Positions 33,909 through 43,423 of a stretch of 64,000 bases of DNA are shown piece after piece. The stretch is from a bacterium. GTDB taxonomy: Bacteria > UBA8248. The stretch covers positions 1,376,001 to 1,440,000 of the forward strand of contig CBDATS010000004.1 in NCBI GenBank assembly GCA_965200245.1, written 5' to 3'. Position 1 is the stretch's first letter, and the number at the start of each line of letters is the position of its first letter. The notes beneath the pieces are model-generated. The model saw nothing but the letters and a program-made list of their open reading frames with translations. It was not told the origin of the DNA and searched no databases. The position numbers and the translations under genes were made by a program.

Positions 33909-35743
33909 GAAGCCGGATCTGCGTTTTTGGCCTCTGCTATCTCCAATGCGGCGCGAAGTTCGTCTCCGCCGATTGTTTCCTGATCCAGCAGGCGTGTGGT
34001 GAGGGATTCCAGATCGTCTCGCCTCTGGGTCAATATGTCCGTCGCGCGCGCATAGGCGCCGGCCAGAATTTTTTCCACCTCCTCATCCACCTCGTGCATG
34101 GTCGCCTCGCTGATGTCGAGATGGGACGCGCCGTTCATGCTCCCGCCCAGGTAGAGGGGACGCGAGGCGTCTCCCATGGCGCGGGGACCGAAGCGTTCGC
34201 TCATGCCGTATTCGGTCACCATCGAGCGGGCCATGTCTGTGGCACGCTGCAAGTCGTTCTGTGCGCCCGTGGAGACTTCCCCGAAAACTACCTCTTCCGC
34301 TGCGCGGCCCGCCAGGAGGACGGCGATTCTGTCGTCGATCTCTGTTTTCGAGAGCAGGTAGCGATCCTCGACGGGGCGCTGGAGGGTGTAACCCAGGGCA
34401 GCGAGGCCCCTCGGGATGATCGAGACCTTCTGCACCGGGTCCGCCGTTCCCACGAGTTCGGCCACCATGGCGTGGCCTAACTCGTGATAGGCCACGCGGC
34501 GGCGTTCCTCGCTCGTCATGACACGCGAGCGCTTCTCGAGACCCGCCGCCACGCGCTCGAAGGCTTCCTCGAAATCGACCATCATCACGGCGTCGCGATC
34601 ATGGCGCGCTGCGAGGAGGGCGGCCTCGTTCGAGAGGTTGGCGAGATCCGCCCCGGACAAGCCGGGTGTCATCTCGGCGAGTCTTTCGATGTCCACGTCC
34701 TGGCCCAGCACGAGTGTCTTCGTGTGCACATTGAGGATGTGTCTTCTGCCGCTCAGGTCCGGCCTGTCGACCAGCACCTGCCTGTCGAAGCGCCCCGGAC
34801 GCAGGAGGGCGGGGTCCAGTATCTCGGGGCGGTTGGTCGCCGCCATGATGATGACCCCTTTTCTGGTGTCGAAACCGTCCATCTCGACCAGGAGTTGGTT
34901 TAGCGTCTGCTCGCGTTCATCGTGTCCGCCCGCGAGATTTCCCACTCCGCGCGCCTTGCCGAGGGCGTCCAGTTCGTCCACGAAGACGATACAGGGGGCC
35001 TTCTCCATGGCCTGTTCGAACAGATCGCGTACGCGCGCCGCGCCAAGGCCCACGAACATCTCCACGAACTCGGACCCACTGATGCTGAAGAAAAAGACCC
35101 CCGCTTCTCCCGCCACGGCTTTCGCCATGAGCGTCTTTCCGCATCCGGGAGGTCCCACCAGCAGAACGCCGCGCGGAATCTTGCCACCGAGGCGCAGGTA
35201 GCGATCCGGATTCTTGAGGTAATCCACCACCTCGGCGAGTTCCTCCTTGGCCTCGTCCACCCCCGCGACATCCGGGAAGCGTACACCCACTTCCTTTTCC
35301 GCAAATATCTTCGCCTTGTTCTTGCCGAAGGCCATCACCCCCTGGCCGGGACCCATGCGGCGCAGCACGAAGGCGTAGATGGCGAAGAGTATTGCCAGCG
35401 GCAGTACCCAGGTCGTGAACATCTGCACCAGCCAGGGCGGCTCGAACTGGCCCTGGAAGGTGACGCCCGCGTCTTCGAGCAGCTTGATAAGTTCGGGATC
35501 CGCCACCTTGGCGGTCTCGAAGAACCTTTGCCGACCGTTCACGTCACGTCTTTTCAAAACGCCCTGCAGCCGGTCGCCCCGGATGTCGACGCGTTCCACG
35601 CCGCCGTCCTTGAGCATGGCGCGGAACTCGTTGTAAGGGATGCGCTGGTAGTGCGCACCCTGGAAGAAAAGCGTGTGGATAAGTGACATGATGACGAAGA
35701 TGAAGAGAAAATACCCGATGGAAAACCGTGTTTTCTTGTTCAA
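33905..35743 (-). CDS. ftsH: ATP-dependent zinc metalloprotease FtsH
   Basis: Two TM segments, [31 protein letters not shown]; TTG start after GGAGG. Confidence 0.95.
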   Translation of the reverse strand: MNKKTRFSIGYFLFIFVIMSLIHTLFFQGAHYQRIPYNEFRAMLKDGGVERVDIRGDRLQGVLKRRDVNGRQRFFETAKVADPELIKLLEDAGVTFQGQFEPPWLVQMFTTWVLPLAILFAIYAFVLRRMGPGQGVMAFGKNKAKIFAEKEVGVRFPDVAGVDEAKEELAEVVDYLKNPDRYLRLGGKIPRGVLLVGPPGCGKTLMAKAVAGEAGVFFFSISGSEFVEMFVGLGAARVRDLFEQAMEKAPCIVFVDELDALGKARGVGNLAGGHDEREQTLNQLLVEMDGFDTRKGVIIMAATNRPEILDPALLRPGRFDRQVLVDRPDLSGRRHILNVHTKTLVLGQDVDIERLAEMTPGLSGADLANLSNEAALLAARHDRDAVMMVDFEEAFERVAAGLEKRSRVMTSEERRRVAYHELGHAMVAELVGTADPVQKVSIIPRGLAALGYTLQRPVEDRYLLSKTEIDDRIAVLLAGRAAEEVVFGEVSTGAQNDLQRATDMARSMVTEYGMSERFGPRAMGDASRPLYLGGSMNGASHLDISEATMHEVDEEVEKILAGAYARATDILTQRRDDLESLTTRLLDQETIGGDELRAALEIAEAKNADPAS

Positions 35744-36077
35744 CGTCCCCCTCCTTCGGGGAAAAGCGGCAGGCGCACCGGCGACCGCTTGAGCCTTGCG
35801 AACGCCTTGAGGTGAGCATATCAAATCAGAAGACGCAGGTGAAATTCATCAGCCCCAAGGGAGAGTGTCCCTAGGATGACTGAATCACAAACGAGGCGAT
35901 TCAGGGAGCGGTTTCGTCAGCGGCCAGTAAATGTTGATTCGCCTTCAGGATGAATATATCCGAGTGCTTGAAATCGAGTGCCCGTGCCACCTTTCACCAC
36001 ACCCCTTCCCCCTTGCGCATATCGCCCCGTTCGTCTTTAATGAGGAACCTGGTTATCCACCCCATACTGGAGCGATT

Positions 36078-36731
36078 ATGCGAGTATCGGATGAGTTCGA
36101 CAGGCCGCCGGGCCCGCTGTTCGGGCTTTGGAGTACGTTCTACATCGACAGGCTGAAGTTTGCGAAGCGGATGCTCATGGGCTACCGCAAACAGAGAAAA
36201 GAAGCGTTCCGCGACACCCTCAAGCCGGGTGAGTCGATGCCCGACGTGAAGCTCAGGACCACCGAAGACGTCGCGTTCGATTTGTCTGATTTCTTCGGGA
36301 AGAAGAACATCGTCATCGAGTTCGGGGCCATCACGTGACCCCCCTACCGCCGGCAGGTGGCCGGCGTCGAGGAGTTGCAGGAAAAATACAGGGATGAGGA
36401 TGTGGTCTTTTTCGTCGTCTACTCCAAGGAACCCCACGCGGGCGAGACGAGCCACTTCAGGAAATACGCGCAGCACACCTCCTATGAGCACAAGAAACAA
36501 TACGCGCAGGAACTTGTAGAGGAATTCGGGATGAAGGTACCGGTCCTCATCGATGATCTGGACGAGAGTGTCGTGCATGCCTTCGGGCGTATGCCGAACA
36601 TGACGTTCATCGTGGACAAGGAAGGGCGAATCGCCTACAAATCCGACTGGATGGAGACGGCGCGCGTCGAGAAATTGCTTGACGAACTGCTGGCTGAGCA
36701 AAAGGCCGGGGCGTCGGCTTTGGCCAATTAG
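36078..36731 (+). CDS. Iodothyronine deiodinase-like / thioredoxin-fold selenoprotein (Sec at TGA 36336-36338)
   Basis: ORFs 35931-36338 and 36357-36731 are in the same frame. Readthrough gives IEFGAIT-U-PPY...VYSKEPH, matching the deiodinase FGSxTUPPF and VYIxEAH motifs. A SECIS-like hairpin follows, and selA/selB are in the window. Confidence 0.88.
36348..36366 (+). promoter_or_regulatory. Bacterial SECIS-like element
   Basis: Perfect 7-bp stem CGCCGGC/GCCGGCG with loop AGGTG; 16 nt separate the UGA from the loop. Confidence 0.8.
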
Positions 36732-36781
36732 AAGATACTCCCGCCCTTCCCGGGAGGGGGCAGCGTTATACGAGGACGCAC

Positions 36782-36812
36782 GGGCGGTCCATGCGGCGGG
36801 CCGCCCTTTTTC
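36782..36812 (+). terminator. Probable Rho-independent terminator
   Basis: GGGCGGTCC-loop-GGGCCGCCC followed by T6. Confidence 0.7.
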
Positions 36813-36839
36813 ATCCGCATTATGGGGGGATGAGCGAAA

Positions 36840-37967
36840 TTGACCTCCACGGAATACGCATGGTTTCTGCCGACGGGAAGGTATGGAGACGGCCACACGA
36901 TCAACGCCAAAACACCCGAGCGTCCCCCGACAGTGGAATATATGAGTGAAGTCGCACGCGCGGCGGAAGCGGCGGGTTTCGTGAATCTTCTGGTGCCGAC
37001 AGGTTCTCATTGCCTCGACGCCTGGATGATCACCTTGGCCGTCGCACAGCACACCGGGCGCATCAAGTTCTGCGTGGCCTTCCGGCCCGGGCTTGCGAGT
37101 CCCGTGTTCACGGCCCAGCAAGCGAACACCTATGACGCCGTAACGGGCGGGCGGCTCACCGTAAACGTGGTAACGGGTTCCACACCCGTGGATCAGAGGC
37201 GCTACGGCGACCACCTGGCCCACGCGGAACGCTACGCGCGCACGGAAGAGTTTCTGGACGTCGTGAAGGCACTCTGGACGAGCGATGAACCGGTGAGCTA
37301 CGCGGGAGAATATTACCAGATCGAGAACGCCACGCTGTACGCCAGGCCCGTCTCGAAGCCCCATCCCACGATATTTCTGGGCGGAAGCTCCGACGCTGGC
37401 CGACGCGTGGGTGCCAAGCACGCCGACGTGCACATGATGTGGGCAGTGGCTCTCCTCCAGGTCGCAGAGGATGCCGCCGACATGCGTCGCCGCGCGGAAG
37501 AAGCGGGGCGGGGGGATAAGCTGCGCTTCGGCCTGAGACTCCACGTGATGTGTCGCGAGACCAGGAAAGAGGCCCGTCGCGCGGCGGAGGCGCTGCTTGA
37601 AAAGAGCGCGCTCGAGAACACGAGGATGTGGGCCGACCAGCGAAATCTCTCCGAAAGCGAGGGACAGCGCCGCATGAACGAACTCTACGAGAGCGGTTCC
37701 CCCTGGCTTACGGATACCCTCTGGATGGGCGTGAACAAGGTACGATCGGGTGCTGCGGCCATGCTGGTCGGTACGCCGGAGATGGTGGCCTCGGCACTCA
37801 GGGAATACGTGGACCTTGGCGTTCGCAATTTCATCCTCTCGGGCTGGCCGCATTTGGAAGAAGCCGAGATTTTCGGGCGCGAAGTGATGCCGCTCCTGAA
37901 AGACACGAACCCTGCACGGCTCGAATATTCCGAGAATCAAACCGAGCCCTCCTCCCTCATGGCATAA
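36840..37967 (+). CDS. LLM-class flavin-dependent monooxygenase (SsuD-like)
   Basis: WFLPT, AEAAGF..LVPTG..CLDAW, GGRLTVNVVTG, GGSSDAG, FILSGWPHLEEA. Confidence 0.88.
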   Translation: MTSTEYAWFLPTGRYGDGHTINAKTPERPPTVEYMSEVARAAEAAGFVNLLVPTGSHCLDAWMITLAVAQHTGRIKFCVAFRPGLASPVFTAQQANTYDAVTGGRLTVNVVTGSTPVDQRRYGDHLAHAERYARTEEFLDVVKALWTSDEPVSYAGEYYQIENATLYARPVSKPHPTIFLGGSSDAGRRVGAKHADVHMMWAVALLQVAEDAADMRRRAEEAGRGDKLRFGLRLHVMCRETRKEARRAAEALLEKSALENTRMWADQRNLSESEGQRRMNELYESGSPWLTDTLWMGVNKVRSGAAAMLVGTPEMVASALREYVDLGVRNFILSGWPHLEEAEIFGREVMPLLKDTNPARLEYSENQTEPSSLMA

Positions 37968-37976
37968 GGACGAACG

Positions 37977-38666
37977 ATGAACTGCCGCGTCTTCGACACC
38001 CGCGAGATAGACCACCAGCAGATATACCGCCTCCTCATCGGATCGGTCGTCCCCCGGCCCATTGCCTGGGTGAGCACAAGAAGCGCTGAGGGCGTGGCGA
38101 ACCTGGCGCCCTTCAGTTTTTTCACCATGGTGTCGCACCACCCGCCGATGGCGTCGATATCCGTCGGCGAGCGCGAGAAAAAGCCCAAGGACACCGCGCG
38201 CAATATTCTGGACACCAAGGGCTACGTCATCCACACGGTGGTGAACGGCTGGGAGGAGGCGATGAACATTTGCGCGGGTAACTACGCGCCTGAGGAGAGC
38301 GAGTTCGAGGCGGCGGGACTTGAGATGGTTCCTTCGGATATTGTAGACGCACCGCGCATCAAGGACGCCCCTGTGGCGATGGAATGCCGCTTCGAGCGCA
38401 TGATTTCCTTCGGCCAGGAATGGGTGACGCACCTCGTTATCGGAGAGGTACTGCGCTGGCACGTGCGCGAGGATTTGATACTTACCGATGAGGAGAAGGT
38501 ATACATCGACCCCGCGAAACTACAGCCTGTGGGCAGGCTGGGCGGTCCCCGGTACTGCCGCACACAGGACATCTTCGAGATGCAGGCCCCCTACATCCAG
38601 CCCGACAGGGTACACCCCAACGACCCCGCGCAGAACGATATCCAGCCCGCGAAACAGGGTTCCTGA
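37977..38666 (+). CDS. Flavin reductase family protein (DIM6/NTAB)
   Basis: VVPRPIAWVST, NLAPFSFF, KDTARNI, VGRLGG..Y. Confidence 0.88.
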   Translation: MNCRVFDTREIDHQQIYRLLIGSVVPRPIAWVSTRSAEGVANLAPFSFFTMVSHHPPMASISVGEREKKPKDTARNILDTKGYVIHTVVNGWEEAMNICAGNYAPEESEFEAAGLEMVPSDIVDAPRIKDAPVAMECRFERMISFGQEWVTHLVIGEVLRWHVREDLILTDEEKVYIDPAKLQPVGRLGGPRYCRTQDIFEMQAPYIQPDRVHPNDPAQNDIQPAKQGS

Positions 38667-38779
38667 ATGGCGAAGCGACGGCGCTGAGCTGCCCCCTTGC
38701 GTACGAGTTTGAGCGCCGAGTATCATTTCGCGGAATTCGATGAAATCCGTTTCCCCATTCTCGGTGAAGCCACGAGGAG

Positions 38780-39256
38780 ATGAAGATGAAAAAAACCATT
38801 TTGGCCACACTGGTTTTAAGCATTGGCCTTGCCCTGGGCGTCGGGGCCGAGAAGGCCTGTGCGATGGACGACGCCGTCTCGAAACATATGATCGCGCAAG
38901 CCAAGCTGACGGCGCACTTCATCGCGGCAGCCGTCAAGGCGGGCATGGGCAAAAAAGAGATTAACGCCGCTCTCGCCAAGGTGGCGAAAGAATCGGCGAT
39001 ATCGGAATTCTGGATCAGCGACGAGAAAGGCAAGATAGAATTCACCAACATTCCGGGCACGGGTTTCAAGTTCCCCACCGACGTGAACGCCAAGACACAG
39101 GCTGCGCCCTTCGCCGCGCTCTTGAGCGGGGGGAAGAAGGTCGTCGTCTAGGGCTTTCAGCCGCGTGAACTCGACGCCAAGCCCTTCAAGTACGTGGGCG
39201 TGGCCGGTGTGGACAAACCCCGCATCGTCTAGGTCGGCGTGGCGGGCAAGAAATAG
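38780..39256 (+). pseudogene. Secreted sensory-domain-like protein interrupted by two in-frame TAG codons
   Basis: Signal peptide, EFWISDEKG and QAAPF. The frame continues past TAG 39149 and TAG 39230 as GFQPRELDAKPFKYVGVAGVDKPRIV*VG to a final TAG at 39254. Confidence 0.72.
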
Positions 39257-39294
39257 GGCGTTCAAGTCCAGCACTTGGAAAGAGTCTTTGATAC

Positions 39295-39954
39295 ATGAGC
39301 ACGTTGAATGAAAACCTGATCCGCGAGATGGCGGCGGAAGCGCTCGACGTAGAGATCGTCGCTTCTAATCCCGTCGAGCAGTTCCGCCGCTGGTATGCGC
39401 AGGCGAAAAGTGCTGCGATCCCGAGAGAAGACGCGATGACGCTCGCCACGGTGGGGCCTGACGGTGCGCCCGCGGCGCGAATCGTGCTGTACAAGGATCT
39501 CGCAGACCTAGGCTACGCGGAGCCTGATTTCCCCTTCTTCACGAACTATGAGAGCGACAAGGGCGAACAACTCGCGCGCGACGCGAGAGCCGCTCTGGTC
39601 TTCCACTGGAAACCGCCCGCCCGGCAGGTGCGCGTAAAGGGTGTGGTGGAGAAACTGCCCGAGAACATATCGGACGCCTACTTTGCCACCCGCCCGCGTG
39701 GCAGCCAGATAGGCGCGTGGGCGTCGCCGCAGAGCCGCGTGGTGGCGGACCGCGCCTTCATCGAAGCGCAAGAACGTGCCTACGAGGCCGAGTTTCTTGG
39801 CCGCGACGTGCAGCGTCCCCCGCACTGGGGCGGTTACGTCTTAAAGCCACATTGCGTCGAGTTCTGGCAACACAGGGACAGCCGCCTCCACGACCGCGTG
39901 CGCTACACGCTGGAAACGGGAGGCGCGTGGCGGATCGAAAGACTTGGGCCATAG
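39295..39954 (+). CDS. pdxH: Pyridoxamine 5'-phosphate oxidase
   Basis: AMTLAT, ARIVLYK, FTNYESDKG, RPRGSQIGAWASPQS, EFWQ..RLHDR. Confidence 0.95.
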   Translation: MSTLNENLIREMAAEALDVEIVASNPVEQFRRWYAQAKSAAIPREDAMTLATVGPDGAPAARIVLYKDLADLGYAEPDFPFFTNYESDKGEQLARDARAALVFHWKPPARQVRVKGVVEKLPENISDAYFATRPRGSQIGAWASPQSRVVADRAFIEAQERAYEAEFLGRDVQRPPHWGGYVLKPHCVEFWQHRDSRLHDRVRYTLETGGAWRIERLGP

Positions 39955-40143
39955 AAGACAAAAAGGCCCAGGGGGCCTCTTGTCGATCGGGCAAGTCCCG
40001 ATTTTTGATATGGACAACAAAATCCAGTTACAGGTGAAAAGAGATTGCAGCCCAAGAGGTTACAGGTTGCATTCTGGTCAGGTTCGTCTGCCCTCGACAC
40101 AGAGATATCCAGCTTCTCTGCGGGAAGGGGGAACGATAGGCAC

Positions 40144-40872
40144 TTAGCCTGAATCCTGCGCCTTTATCCCCTGAATTCCCCATGATGTGTCCTTGGCCGT
40201 TACGAAGACGTAGTCCTCATCACCCACGATTTCGGCGGAGTGGACGACGTTCGCGGGCATATGGGCGATGTCACCCGTGGTGATCGTCGTGGACTCGCCA
40301 CCAATCGTCATCCGGCAAGCGCCCGAGAGGACGATGGCGAACTGCTCGTTGGGGTGGGAATGCGGCTCGGCCTTGCCGCCAGCGGGAATGCGCATTTTCC
40401 CGAAGATGATTCGCTCGCCCGTCACCCACGCGCCTTCGGTCGGGCTGTAGTCTTCTCCGGCGAGGCCCTTTTCCATAACTTCGGTGTCGTAGAAGTAAGG
40501 AACGTGTTCGGTGGTCTGTTTCATCTCGGTAGGCGTACCTTCAATGGTGGTGGCGGTGTCTTTCGCCACGATGAACTCGTAATCCGTATCGCCCAAAACT
40601 TCCGCCTCGTGCACGGCGTTCGCGGGCCGGTAGGCAATGTGGCCGGGTGTGAGAACGTGCACATCGCCTTCGATATTCAGGCGAGTACTGCCGGCCAGAC
40701 AATACCCGAACTGTTCGTTCGCGTGGGCGTGTGCGCTGGAGCGCGTGCCCGCGGGCATGCGCATCTTGCCGAAGATGAGCCGCTCGCCTGTCACCCACGC
40801 GCCCGCCGCCGAACTGTAAGCCGCGCCTGCGAGATTTTTTTCCATTTCGTCCGTCTTGTAGAAATACGTCAT
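40144..40872 (-). CDS. Bicupin protein (two tandem cupin domains)
   Basis: Two repeats of GAWVTGER.IFGKMR.PAG...H.H.NEQF...PAN.VH.AE. Confidence 0.85.
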   Translation of the reverse strand: MTYFYKTDEMEKNLAGAAYSSAAGAWVTGERLIFGKMRMPAGTRSSAHAHANEQFGYCLAGSTRLNIEGDVHVLTPGHIAYRPANAVHEAEVLGDTDYEFIVAKDTATTIEGTPTEMKQTTEHVPYFYDTEVMEKGLAGEDYSPTEGAWVTGERIIFGKMRIPAGGKAEPHSHPNEQFAIVLSGACRMTIGGESTTITTGDIAHMPANVVHSAEIVGDEDYVFVTAKDTSWGIQGIKAQDSG

Positions 40873-41174
40873 CGTCTTGATCCTCTCCCCAAATAATCAC
40901 CCACAAAGAACTAAGCGAAGAATATCGCCCATCCGTGCGCACCGGGCAATGTCCGGGGTGTTTGGGAATAGAGATATGGTGGAAAACCGAACGCGTTTAA
41001 TCGAACTATTGCCAGAAGGCCGGATTCATGTCTGTATCTTTCTCTAAAATTACGAGGGCAAATGCAGCGATTTGCGAGAGGAGATTTTCCGGGACGTGCC
41101 ACGACCCCAAGTGCATAATTCGCCGGAACCCGGGCAGGGTGATTCTTCAGGGGTTTGCTTGTCAATGTTACGAG

Positions 41175-42341
41175 TCAGACAATGCCTTCATCGCGGAGGC
41201 GGACTATCTCTTTCGTATCGTAGCCCAACTCTGTGAGAATCCCTTCGGTGTGTTCGCCCAACCCCGGCGAAGGATTTGAAAAATAAGGGATTTCTCCACC
41301 GAACGTTACCGGCGATGCGGGCATTAGGCCCGGCCCTGCGACTGGATGGTCGACCTCCACGAAGGCCTCCGGAAAGCGTTCTTTCACTTGCGCTACGTCG
41401 TTGATGGCGCTCACCGTAACGCCTTGAGGAATAAGGTGTTCCTCCCACTCGGCGGTTGTCTTCCGGGTGAGAATTTCTTCCAGAATCACGCGCAGGACAT
41501 CGTCGTTCGCTACGCGATCCTTGTTTTCAAGGAAGCGGGCGTCATCCGCAAGCTCAGGTCTTTCAAGTGCTTCGACGAACACACGGTAGCGGTTCGTGTT
41601 CGAGATCGCAACGTATATGAGGCCGTCCCTGGTGCGGTAACCTGAAAAAGGAGAGACCACAGGATGCGAGAGGCCCTCCGGCATAGGCACTGTGCCAGTG
41701 ACGGTGTGGCGTGCTACGGGGTTTTCCATGATATTCACGGTCGCGCCCATCATCGAGGCGTCCACGCGCATCCCTTCACCTGTCTGTTCCCGTTTCAGGA
41801 GAGCGGTGAGAATCCCCGAGAGCAGGTAGAGACCGCTTGTCACGTCGACGATTGACACGCCCACGCGCACAGGCGCTCCTCCCACAGGACCCGTCACACT
41901 GATTAGGCCTCCCGCGGCCTGCAAGAGACTGTCAAAAGCCGGGCGTGCGGCATTCTTCCCACTCCGACCGAAGCCGGACACCGATCCGTATACGAGCCGG
42001 GGATTTTCGGCCTTGAGCACCTCCCAGCCGATTCCCAATCGCTCCATCACCCCGGGGAGGAGGTTTTCCACCAAAACGTCCGCTTTCCGACACAGTTTTT
42101 TGAACACTTTCACGCCATCTGATTTCTTGAGGTCGATCGTGATGGAACGCTTGCCCCGGTTCAGGCTCATGAAGTAGCTGCTCTCACCGTTCTTGAAAGG
42201 ACCGATGGCGCGGCTGTCCTCTCCGCCGGGACGTTCCACCTTGATGACCTCGGCGCCATAACCGGCGAGATAAAGTGACACGATGGGGCCAGCGTTGAAC
42301 TGGCTGGCATCAATAACCTTAAGGCCCTGGAGAAGCGTCAT
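41175..42341 (-). CDS. CaiB/BaiF family III CoA-transferase
   Basis: AGP...GAEVIKVE, LNRGKRSITIDLK, ADVLVEN, VSGFG, PGLGEHT. Confidence 0.92.
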   Translation of the reverse strand: MTLLQGLKVIDASQFNAGPIVSLYLAGYGAEVIKVERPGGEDSRAIGPFKNGESSYFMSLNRGKRSITIDLKKSDGVKVFKKLCRKADVLVENLLPGVMERLGIGWEVLKAENPRLVYGSVSGFGRSGKNAARPAFDSLLQAAGGLISVTGPVGGAPVRVGVSIVDVTSGLYLLSGILTALLKREQTGEGMRVDASMMGATVNIMENPVARHTVTGTVPMPEGLSHPVVSPFSGYRTRDGLIYVAISNTNRYRVFVEALERPELADDARFLENKDRVANDDVLRVILEEILTRKTTAEWEEHLIPQGVTVSAINDVAQVKERFPEAFVEVDHPVAGPGLMPASPVTFGGEIPYFSNPSPGLGEHTEGILTELGYDTKEIVRLRDEGIV

Positions 42342-43117
42342 CGGATGGGTGATTGCTCCCTAGCGACGGTTCCCGGTGGATTTTGAGGTCGTTTTTTTCT
42401 GGTGGTTTTGGAGGAGAGGTTCGTAGTACTTCCACTTTTCGCTCTGCTTGCGGACTTGCCATCGCTCGTTTTCTTCTCTGCCGGGACGTTTCCTCTGGAC
42501 CGCGTTCGCTTTTTCTGTGTCCCAGCTTTTGGGAGAGCTTTCTTTTTCCTTTGTGCTTGCCTTTTGCCGCCTGGCTTTTGATCTTTCATATTCACAGTTT
42601 CGGCAGCCTGTTTCTCTTCTTCCGCAGTCGAAAACACGGGTTTTCTGCGCCCAATCACCAAGCGGAATGCGTAGCCCACCTGGGTTTCATGCCATTCATT
42701 CTCTCCGAGATCCTGCAACACAAGTTCGACCGGTGAACCGGGAACCAGCATGTCACGATACCCTTCCCAGCCGATCAGGTGGGAATTTATTTTTATGCCC
42801 TCATCAAGGAGAATCACTGCAGAAACATGCTCCGCATCTCCATCCAGGGAAGAATGCGTAATTGTGGCCGAAAGAAGTTTCCCTTTTCCGCTCAAAAACA
42901 CCTCGCTCGTACTGCGCGGACAGACCGGATTGTCGCAAGTAGTTTTCGAGCCGGTCTTGGGAAAAAAATACTCTTCGCATTCCTTGCAAACGGACCCGAT
43001 GAGCTTGGGTTTCTGGCGAGAATTCCTGGGAATCGTAAAAACATCGCGCATGAACGGAACTACAACTTTATTTTTGTCGGGAATAAAAATGGAAGGCTTG
43101 TCTTGGGAGGAATTCAT
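42338..43117 (-). CDS. DUF35/ChsH2-like Zn-ribbon plus OB-fold protein with a Lys-rich C-terminal tail
   Basis: LIGSVCKEC..YFFP...CDNPVC, LSGKGKL, GSPVELV..GYAF; basic low-complexity tail. Confidence 0.7.
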   Translation of the reverse strand: MNSSQDKPSIFIPDKNKVVVPFMRDVFTIPRNSRQKPKLIGSVCKECEEYFFPKTGSKTTCDNPVCPRSTSEVFLSGKGKLLSATITHSSLDGDAEHVSAVILLDEGIKINSHLIGWEGYRDMLVPGSPVELVLQDLGENEWHETQVGYAFRLVIGRRKPVFSTAEEEKQAAETVNMKDQKPGGKRQAQRKKKALPKAGTQKKRTRSRGNVPAEKKTSDGKSASRAKSGSTTNLSSKTTRKKRPQNPPGTVAREQSPIR

Positions 43118-43423
43118 AAACTACCCTGCCTTCGAAATTTCAAGTGTAATACGGAATAAGCGAAATATAAACAGCTACTTAAAACATTCAGACTAGAATG
43201 GGTTCCGATGGCGAACCCTAGCAGGGGGTTGCTTTAGTGTCAACATGAATCAAGGTGACAGAAATTTCTGGATACCAAATGATTCACGTTCTCGAATCGC
43301 AATATCCAGTCTGTTGGCTTCGATGGACGCAATGGCAGTTAAGCTGGCCTTGATTTTGATGACTTGACCACTCAAATCCTGCAATCTTATAGTCATGTGT
43401 CGTATTGAGATAAAGGATGCAGT

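Noticed and set aside
35994-38462. 822-aa minus-strand ORF
   Set aside because: Antisense shadow of the selenoprotein, LLM monooxygenase and flavin reductase genes; no recognisable motifs.
39149-39232. Genome-wide TAG reassignment or pyrrolysine
   Set aside because: Conserved genes here (rplT, rpmI, thrS, clpP, folE2, pdxH) end at TAG in the expected places, and no pyl genes or suppressor tRNA are in the window.
43118-43423. selC (tRNA-Sec) upstream of selA
   Set aside because: Only short hairpins; no cloverleaf or UCA anticodon arm found.
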